Virus record (IMG/VR): IMGVR_UViG_3300042521_002634
Coordinates: 1-64,000 of that record
Length of the DNA stretch: 64,000 nt
Origin: a virus
Direction: 5' to 3' (one strand)
The notes below the pieces were generated by a model. It searched no databases, was not told where the DNA came from, and was given only the letters and a program-made list of their open reading frames with translations. Below, piece by piece: positions 56,044 through 62,314 of the stretch. Made by a program: the position numbers and the translations under genes. Position 1 is the first letter of the stretch; each line of letters opens with the position of its first letter.

Positions 56044-57288
56044 CTATCCAACTGCAATCGAGCTGTACGGCGCTCCACCTACAAGTACGATTACATTATA
56101 CCCACTTAGGTTTCTAGTCGTCGTGAACTTTACCGCACCGCTGGCTGAAGAAGTCTTCGTCCAAGTAAAGGATGACTTAGCTTTTGCTAGTGCGCTAATT
56201 TGCATCTTTGTTCCGGGGAGCGAAGATTCAACTGCGATCTCGTAGCCTTCTGAAGTTTTCGTCACCGCAACTGTTACAGAAGTAGACGACGGCACTTCAG
56301 TCCCATTGTCGATCTCTTTGACAATTGTTGTTGAAGTTGTTGTTGTCACCGCAGGCGCAGAACTAGACCCAGACAATGGAGCGTACAGCAACTTGTTTGG
56401 AGAACCCACGCCAGCGTCAGTAATCGCATCGCTGGTGGCAGAACTCACAATCAACGAAGTAACGTCAGTTACAGACAGCGCTGGACTATTCTGTAGCGCT
56501 AACGCCGCGACGCCGGTGACGTGTGGCGCCGCGTGTGACGTACCTTTAAGAGTTTTAGACGCTGTTGGCGACGTAGCCCACGCTGACAGCACGTTTGCGC
56601 CTGGAGCAAATATGTCAACACACTTGCCGTAGTTAGCCCATGACCACCTAGCGTCGTTTTCATCACTCGCCGCAACGTTGATCGCGCTTGGAGTAGACCC
56701 CGGCGAGTAACTGCACGCGTCCTTATTGTTGTTGCCGGCTGCAGTAACTACTACAATTCCATCTGCAATCGCGCGATCGACCGCAGCATTTACTTTTGAT
56801 GACAAGTTTCCACTCATGCTGATATTCATGACTGCAGGCTCGCCAGTCTTGTGATCTGCTACTGCCCAGTCGATGCCCGCGATCATGTCAGACGTCCAAC
56901 CATTACCACTACAGTCTGTGACCCGCACAGGGACAAGAGTCACCTTTGGCGCTACGCCGTAGGTTGACCCGCCGACTACGCCGGCGACATGAGTGCCATG
57001 TCCGTAGCAGTCCTCAGTTCCTCGCCCATCAAGAATTTTAGTGAAACCCGCACGAATTCTGCCTGTAAACTCTTCATGCGACGAGAGTATGCCACTGTCA
57101 ACTACGTAGACAGTGACGCCTTGACCATTAAGCGCCAGCGAAACGTCTTTGTTCAACGGCAGTGAGCGTTGATCAATGCGATCAATATTCCACTGAGCTG
57201 TAGCAACGGCTTCCGCATTTCCATAGATTAAGGCGATTACGACGGCAACTATCGCCGCCACAATTGCAAACTTATTTTTTACTTTCAT
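56044..57288 (-). CDS. exported subtilisin-like S8 serine protease (aqualysin/proteinase K type)
   Basis: Signal/TM segment; WNIDRIDQR, VVDSGI, HGTHVAG, AAGN, GTSHAAPHV. Confidence 0.92.
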   Translation of the reverse strand: MKVKNKFAIVAAIVAVVIALIYGNAEAVATAQWNIDRIDQRSLPLNKDVSLALNGQGVTVYVVDSGILSSHEEFTGRIRAGFTKILDGRGTEDCYGHGTHVAGVVGGSTYGVAPKVTLVPVRVTDCSGNGWTSDMIAGIDWAVADHKTGEPAVMNISMSGNLSSKVNAAVDRAIADGIVVVTAAGNNNKDACSYSPGSTPSAINVAASDENDARWSWANYGKCVDIFAPGANVLSAWATSPTASKTLKGTSHAAPHVTGVAALALQNSPALSVTDVTSLIVSSATSDAITDAGVGSPNKLLYAPLSGSSSAPAVTTTTSTTIVKEIDNGTEVPSSTSVTVAVTKTSEGYEIAVESSLPGTKMQISALAKAKSSFTWTKTSSASGAVKFTTTRNLSGYNVIVLVGGAPYSSIAVG

Positions 57289-57494
57289 CGTGAGCTCCTG
57301 TATGATTCGTCAGTTGCACGCATGATACTTTCCCATGATGCTTTTCTGTCGTCAGCCTCTGAGCTTCTGACTATTACGCGATCGCCGTACTTAGCACGAC
57401 GATTTAGTTCACCGCGTTCTTTCCACAGAGACCAGCCAGCTACCGCGAAGAAGCTCGCAATGATAGCTTGAAACATAGCTTGAACAACTCTCAT
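57285..57494 (-). CDS. small membrane protein
   Basis: One hydrophobic helix; start position uncertain. Confidence 0.45.
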   Translation of the reverse strand: MRVVQAMFQAIIASFFAVAGWSLWKERGELNRRAKYGDRVIVRSSEADDRKASWESIMRATDESYRSSR

Positions 57495-57664
57495 TATCGA
57501 CCACGCTTGCGCGATATCGACATACCGGCGATTAAGAACACCGCGACTGCCCAAGCAACCGCAGCGGCAGTATTGTAGAACTCTATATCTATTCTCATCA
57601 TTTTCTCCTTTGTAGTTTGTATTGTGTCTTACTTTTCTTATTTTATATATTACATTCTCTGGAA

Positions 57665-58255
57665 CTAAACCGGCCCGCTCTGAACTTGTATGTTGAACGG
57701 CGCGCTCGTGTTTGCGTCCAACCTTGCCGCAACAGTAAGCGCAGTCTTGACCGCAGCCTTAGCTTTATCTATGTTGTCCGCACCTTCTGGAAGAAGAGCG
57801 TACAGCACACCGAGCGCGTATGGACTTCCAGTGCCAAGGCCGTAGATGCCACTTGTGTCTTTAACCCACGAGTAGTCTTCTCCGATGACGTACACCGCAC
57901 CATTGACTGCAGCCAGTATTATTGATCCAGACTCATCTGAATGATCTTTGTTGGGTGAAGGCGCTGTGTAACCTTGCTCGTTAAAGCACGCACGCAGTGA
58001 CGGAACAAAGTCGCTCGTTATGAATTTGTCAAGTCGGGTGCCGACAAAATTCTTAGCGTCAGGCGGACGGAATGCGTATTGCAAGATGTTGATCGCGCGC
58101 ACGTCGCCTGCAGCGCCAAGCAGATACGCACGATTCCGCGCGACCTTGGCTGAACCTTTAGGTAGAACGTAGACGCGCCCATCTTCTTCAGTGACACGCG
58201 AATCAGACCCAACTACAGTCCAGCCACTGCCAGTTACTGCAACTATCGTTGTCAT
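57665..58255 (-). CDS. proteasome beta-subunit / HslV-like threonine protease
   Basis: N-terminal (M)TTIVAV nucleophile, GSDSRVT, K, GAAGD, GTGSPYALG. Confidence 0.85.
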   Translation of the reverse strand: MTTIVAVTGSGWTVVGSDSRVTEEDGRVYVLPKGSAKVARNRAYLLGAAGDVRAINILQYAFRPPDAKNFVGTRLDKFITSDFVPSLRACFNEQGYTAPSPNKDHSDESGSIILAAVNGAVYVIGEDYSWVKDTSGIYGLGTGSPYALGVLYALLPEGADNIDKAKAAVKTALTVAARLDANTSAPFNIQVQSGPV

Positions 58256-58263
58256 GCAGTCAA

Positions 58264-58566
58264 CTATACCTTTTTGTCGAGTACGACAGGTGACATCGCA
58301 TAACGGAACTCTTTTCCATCAAGCTTGCCTTCGACTATCAATGATCTAGGCCACTTAGCCGCAACAACGCACTCGGCGCCGCGCAGGGCTTCGTACCCGC
58401 ATAGGTCATTTACAACAACTAGGTCTCCAGTCTCGTAGTCGGCGACTGAGCGCTTAGCGCGGATCTTCTGCGCATGGCGCGTCACCGCAGTCTCTATCGA
58501 GAACGCGACGTCGTCGTAGACTCCACTTTGCAGATCTGACAAAAACCTCTCAGCTTTTACCTTCAT
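58264..58566 (-). CDS. hypothetical protein (SH3-like C-terminus)
   Basis: ORF overlapping the upstream gene. Confidence 0.55.
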   Translation of the reverse strand: MKVKAERFLSDLQSGVYDDVAFSIETAVTRHAQKIRAKRSVADYETGDLVVVNDLCGYEALRGAECVVAAKWPRSLIVEGKLDGKEFRYAMSPVVLDKKV

Positions 58567-58759
58567 TGCTTAACTCCTCTACCGCACGCTTAATTTTCAG
58601 AATATCGGAGTTCTTCGACGTTGTCGGGTCAGTGACAAAGCGATTAACTTTCCTCGCTGTAGTGCCAGCCGACTCTGCAATTTTCTCAATGCCAATTTTC
58701 TTTACGGCATGCGCCAACTCGAGCATTTTCTCGATGTGACTTTCTAGTATGACTCCCAT
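58550..58759 (-). CDS. small HTH-like protein
   Basis: GIEKIAESAGTTARKVNRFV; SD and promoter repeat. Confidence 0.55.
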   Translation of the reverse strand: MGVILESHIEKMLELAHAVKKIGIEKIAESAGTTARKVNRFVTDPTTSKNSDILKIKRAVEELSNEGKS

Positions 58760-58888
58760 GTCTTCTCCTTTGTCGTTTCTTATACCTGATTGTAGATACC
58801 ATTATACATTCTCTGGATAGCAAGAAGTAGAGCCGATCAAAGTCTCAGCGATTGATTATCGGCGCTACTCTACTCGCTATGGCAGCGA

Positions 58889-59161
58889 CTATACAGCTAG
58901 AGTGACCTCACCCTTAGCGACCTGTGACATCAGCCGGCACGCTTGTTTCGTGTCGTCTACTTTGACTGACGTGCCTGTCATGATGTCGAATACGAGATAG
59001 TGAGTACGATCATCCGCTCGCAACACCGCAAGCTTCTTTCGGCGACGAAAGTACGCTGCTGAGTACCCAGCCGGCAAACTTATGCCCGCTGCAAGTTCTG
59101 GGAGCTCTTCAGTCCGCGAACCTGGCTTAGCTCTATTTTTTGTTTCTGTTTCTGTTGTCAT
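58889..59161 (-). CDS. hypothetical protein
   Basis: AAGGAG SD. Confidence 0.65.
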   Translation of the reverse strand: MTTETETKNRAKPGSRTEELPELAAGISLPAGYSAAYFRRRKKLAVLRADDRTHYLVFDIMTGTSVKVDDTKQACRLMSQVAKGEVTLAV

Positions 59162-59191
59162 TATGTCTCCTTTTGTTTTTGTTGTTATTAC

Positions 59192-59668
59192 TTAATAAAT
59201 GCTGAATCCGCCGGACTCAACTAAGAAGTCTGCGAACTCGCGAATATCGTCTACGTCAAGACTGTAGTGCGCTTCCCAAGGGCGAACCTTGCCTTTGCTA
59301 TCGCATGCATTGCACGTCTTCTTTTTGTCCATGCCCATGCTGACGCCGACCGTATCCGTTCGGATACCTGTTGCGTCACAGTACTTGCATGGCTCGTCCG
59401 GCAACGCAGCAATAGCCGCATCACGTTCTGAGACGTAGCGAGCAGCGATACCATCTGCAATGTCGTTGTAGAGCTTCAGACCGAGCGCGTAAGCGTCATC
59501 TTCGTTCAGCCCATCACCATCGTTAGTCTGAGCATTCTTCACCTTTGATGCGGTGTCTACGTGCATATCTTCTACGTAGATCCACAGCGGGCGCCAGCCC
59601 CAAACGTTGCGTCGGAAGTATTCGCCCATTTCACTTTTGGCGTTTCTTCCCATTACGTCCATTCCCAT
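59192..59668 (-). CDS. conserved phage protein with a DnaJ-like CxxCxxxG zinc finger
   Basis: YFRRNVWGWRPLW, CKYCDATG, CNACDSKG, FL.ESGGF.I. Confidence 0.7.
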   Translation of the reverse strand: MGMDVMGRNAKSEMGEYFRRNVWGWRPLWIYVEDMHVDTASKVKNAQTNDGDGLNEDDAYALGLKLYNDIADGIAARYVSERDAAIAALPDEPCKYCDATGIRTDTVGVSMGMDKKKTCNACDSKGKVRPWEAHYSLDVDDIREFADFLVESGGFSIY

Positions 59669-59719
59669 TATTGTTCTCCTTTTGTAGTGTGTCGTTTTAG
59701 TTTTGAAAGAAGCAGAACT

Positions 59720-59857
59720 TTAGAAGTCCCACTTCTTTACGCGGCAAGCCTGACGATTCGCAAGCTTGCGCTTGTTAGGAATCTGCTGAGCTCTGAGGAT
59801 ATTTCTATCCGCAAAGGCTTGGCGACTTTCCGCGTTCCATTTGGTTGATGTTTTCAT
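59720..59857 (-). CDS. 45-aa basic leaderless protein
   Basis: TATAAT-GAATAT-ATG; MKTSTKWNAESRQAFADRNILRAQQIPNKRKLANRQACR... Confidence 0.65.
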   Translation of the reverse strand: MKTSTKWNAESRQAFADRNILRAQQIPNKRKLANRQACRVKKWDF

Positions 59858-59888
59858 ATATTCATTATACAATCTCTGGAAACTCGAG

Positions 59889-60137
59889 TTAAAGACTGAA
59901 GATCGAAGTTTGTGAATCAAAGAACTCCATGTCGTCCTCTTGACCCAACCACTCAGCGAGAGTTTCCGAGTCGGATTCGTTGAAAACGATGTCGATATTT
60001 GGCCAGCCGGTGGATTCGGTGGCAATGTCGACGACGCGGACAAACGAGTCCGGAATAGTGTTTTTTAGGTCGATAATGGCGTCGAGAAGGTTTTCGGTGG
60101 CCAAGTCGACGTTGATGATTTTTGTGTGGTTGTTCAT
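59889..60137 (-). CDS. 82-aa acidic leaderless protein
   Basis: Same promoter repeat; its stop overlaps the next repeat. Confidence 0.7.
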   Translation of the reverse strand: MNNHTKIINVDLATENLLDAIIDLKNTIPDSFVRVVDIATESTGWPNIDIVFNESDSETLAEWLGQEDDMEFFDSQTSIFSL

Positions 60138-60169
60138 ATATTCATTATACAATCTCTGGAAACTCAAGT

Positions 60170-60472
60170 TTAGTAGGGACTTTGGCCGTTGTCGAAGCGG
60201 CTGTCAGTCGCGATGAGGGCCAGAAGGACATCGTAGTTGAAAACTTGTTCGATTTCAGATTCGTCGAAGAGTGGGGCCTCGAACGAGAACGTGGCGGCGT
60301 CGTTGCCGAGATTAATGAATGGCTGATTGTCGACGAAGTGAATTGTGAATATCGGGTCGAGGCCAAGTTCGTTGAAGTCGATTGTTGCGTTGTTGCAGTT
60401 AGCGTAGAAGTAGTCGATGTCGAAGTCGATTGTAACTGCGTTGTCTGTTTTTGTGATCGTGTAGGTTTTCAT
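60170..60472 (-). CDS. 100-aa acidic protein
   Basis: Promoter repeat and AAAGGA SD. Confidence 0.7.
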   Translation of the reverse strand: MKTYTITKTDNAVTIDFDIDYFYANCNNATIDFNELGLDPIFTIHFVDNQPFINLGNDAATFSFEAPLFDESEIEQVFNYDVLLALIATDSRFDNGQSPY

Positions 60473-60532
60473 GATTTTTCCTTTGTCGTTGTGTATATAA
60501 ACATTATACAAACTCTGGAAACTCGAGTTGCT

Positions 60533-60739
60533 CTATCCGAACATCTCGGCCCAGCACTCTGGGTGCGTGCCTGAAACAAGCTGCTCACGAAGACCTCTGC
60601 TTAGATCAGGGAACGCGTTCTGTATCAACGCGCCCGCACTGCGTCGTGCAAGGCCTGAGTTCGGTACTTCTACCTCACCCTTGTATCCGCAATGAACGCA
60701 CCGCGGCGTCTCGACTACTGAGTAAAACTCTGTCCGCAT
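60533..60739 (-). CDS. small Zn-binding protein
   Basis: CVHCG...IQNAFPDLS...REQLVSGTHPECW. Confidence 0.7.
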   Translation of the reverse strand: MRTEFYSVVETPRCVHCGYKGEVEVPNSGLARRSAGALIQNAFPDLSRGLREQLVSGTHPECWAEMFG

Positions 60740-60749
60740 GCTCTGCTCC

Positions 60750-60917
60750 TTAATCCCACAGAGGTTCGCGCGGTGTGAGTGCCGCAATGATGAGACATAC
60801 GCCCGAGATGCCGAGCTTGAACTGTGTCGACGTTCTCACGCCGAGGTGCTCTACACCAAGCAACCGCTCGAGTTCATTGATTGCGAGTTCGAATTCATTC
60901 TCTGTGTTTACTGCCAT
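60750..60917 (-). CDS. small hypothetical protein
   Basis: AGGAG SD. Confidence 0.5.
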   Translation of the reverse strand: MAVNTENEFELAINELERLLGVEHLGVRTSTQFKLGISGVCLIIAALTPREPLWD

Positions 60918-60964
60918 GTTGTTCTCCTGTGTCATGTTGATAGTTTAATTATATAAACTCTGGA

Positions 60965-61258
60965 CTAGTACTCTGACATCATTCTGTCGTAGCGAATCTC
61001 TTCCGCAACCGCGTCGTCGTCGTACTTCTCGAGAGCGACCATCGCCTCATCGACGTTGGTGAACTCTTGTTCGTGAATGCAATCTACGTCTGCCGGCTCC
61101 CAGTACGTCGCTGGAATTGTCTTCCAAACTGTCCCGACGATGAGTCCGCTAGTCTGCACTTGCACTTCAAGCCCGAACAAGTCGCCTATCGCGAAGTACT
61201 CCGCAATGACGCCTTCAAACGGCTCTCTTGTTCCCCATTGTTTCTTCGTGTATTTCAT
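60965..61258 (-). CDS. acidic hypothetical protein
   Basis: Promoter repeat and SD; PATYWEPA. Confidence 0.7.
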   Translation of the reverse strand: MKYTKKQWGTREPFEGVIAEYFAIGDLFGLEVQVQTSGLIVGTVWKTIPATYWEPADVDCIHEQEFTNVDEAMVALEKYDDDAVAEEIRYDRMMSEY

Positions 61259-61310
61259 ATTGCGTCCTTTCGTTGTTATATATGCATTATATAAACTCTG
61301 GAACTCGAGT

Positions 61311-61457
61311 TTACTTCTTATTTTGCTTTTCGATGCACCTGACTAAGTCTTCAGCTATTTCTTTCTTTCTGAAGTACCTAACTCCAGACGGAGTTATTAC
61401 GTTCCAAGTGTGAATGCTTCTCTCAATACGTACCTGTTGTTTCGTCGTTGTAGTCAT
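61311..61457 (-). CDS. 48-aa leaderless protein
   Basis: Not in the ORF track. TATAAT-GGTTGC-ATG; MTTTTKQQVRIERSIHTWNVITPSGVRYFRKKE...; its stop abuts a repeat. Confidence 0.6.
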   Translation of the reverse strand: MTTTTKQQVRIERSIHTWNVITPSGVRYFRKKEIAEDLVRCIEKQNKK

Positions 61458-61488
61458 GCAACCATTATATAAACTCTGGAACTCGAGT

Positions 61489-61659
61489 CTATATCGAGAT
61501 CGGGCAACTCAGGTTCGCATCGTTTGAGTGGAATCGAAGTTCCTGCTTGCAAACTGCGCAGATTTCGTCTAAGTCTAGACCAACAACGCTGTCGTTGTAG
61601 TCACGCATAGCTCGTCGTTTACCTGCTCGATAAGCGATGTACAGTCCTAAGATTCCCAT
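61489..61659 (-). CDS. 56-aa leaderless protein with a CxxC..H..C motif
   Basis: TATAAT-GTAGTT-ATG. Confidence 0.6.
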   Translation of the reverse strand: MGILGLYIAYRAGKRRAMRDYNDSVVGLDLDEICAVCKQELRFHSNDANLSCPISI

Positions 61660-61691
61660 AACTACATTATAACAGCTCTGGATGTCCAAAG

Positions 61692-61780
61692 TGGCAGCGG
61701 TCTTGCCTTGCAGCCTCCCGCCAGGCCGATGCTTGAAATTGGCAGCGGTCTTGCCTCTGCAGCCTTCCACCAGGCCGATG
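61692..61780. repeat. intergenic tandem duplication of a ~40-bp GC-rich unit (48-bp period)
   Basis: tggcagcggtcttgcct-tgcagcctcccgccaggccgatg versus tggcagcggtcttgcctctgcagccttccaccaggccgatg. Confidence 0.9.
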
Positions 61781-61782
61781 TC

Positions 61783-61986
61783 TCAATCGCGTTTAGGGAA
61801 CGCAATGATCTTAGCATCAGGCGGTTCAGGCAGCACCTCGATGTCGAGGATGTCAACCATCTCTGCGTCTTCTATTCCCTGCGAGACAGCTGCGAATACC
61901 TCACCGTCTATCTCTGTGTATGCGTCAGGCCCGCGCCTCACGCACAGCCGGACCACTACTGAGTAGAGGACCGTGCCTTCACTCAT
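61783..61986 (-). CDS. small acidic hypothetical protein
   Basis: ATGA coupling to the upstream gene. Confidence 0.55.
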   Translation of the reverse strand: MSEGTVLYSVVVRLCVRRGPDAYTEIDGEVFAAVSQGIEDAEMVDILDIEVLPEPPDAKIIAFPKRD

Positions 61987-62201
61987 GATTGTGCGGCGTC
62001 AGGGAACACCAACGGCAGCGCTAACTGCGCCGTCGGTTTCATCTTGCCGCCTGACAACTGCAGCGCGATACTTCCACGCTCGCCTTCAGGCGCGTTGTCG
62101 ACGTCTTCCCACTCGTCCTCGGTCCAGTCTGATGTGTCGACGACGACTAATTGACGAGCATTGCCGTAGTTTCCATCGGCAGCGAAATAGTGAATTGTCA
62201 T
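61983..62201 (-). CDS. small acidic hypothetical protein
   Basis: YFAADGNYG..DTSDWTEDEW; promoter repeat and SD. Confidence 0.65.
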   Translation of the reverse strand: MTIHYFAADGNYGNARQLVVVDTSDWTEDEWEDVDNAPEGERGSIALQLSGGKMKPTAQLALPLVFPDAAQS

Positions 62202-62314
62202 TAGGTTATCCTTTCGTTGTTGTTACGTACATTATATAAACTCTGGAAGAATGAACCAACCCGGGAGGAACACTAAAGGACAAGTAAAGTGTGTCCACCC
62301 CGGGCCGGCGATCT

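Larger units (their letters stand above)
50620..62247. promoter_or_regulatory. dispersed early-promoter repeat family (A)CTCGAG-TT(T)CCAGAG-N4-TATAAT
   Basis: The TCCAGAG core or a 1-2 nt variant occurs on the minus strand at 50633, 51254, 51697, 52159, 53488, 53835, 54051, 55915, 57657, 58811, 59874, 60154, 60513, 60958, 61296, 61474, 61676, 62241 and on the plus strand at 54098, 54459 (also 46932). It is always 4-5 nt upstream of a TANNNT hexamer and oriented with the downstream gene. Confidence 0.9.

Noticed and set aside
59850-61500. CRISPR array or mini-array formed by the CTCGAG/TCCAGAG repeats
   Set aside because: Spacing is irregular (about 180-450 bp), the intervals are intact ORFs, and the repeats contain -10 boxes.
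51270-61500. True integron with attC sites
   Set aside because: No tyrosine recombinase in the window and no RYYYAAC/GTTRRRY attC structure; each cassette carries its own promoter.
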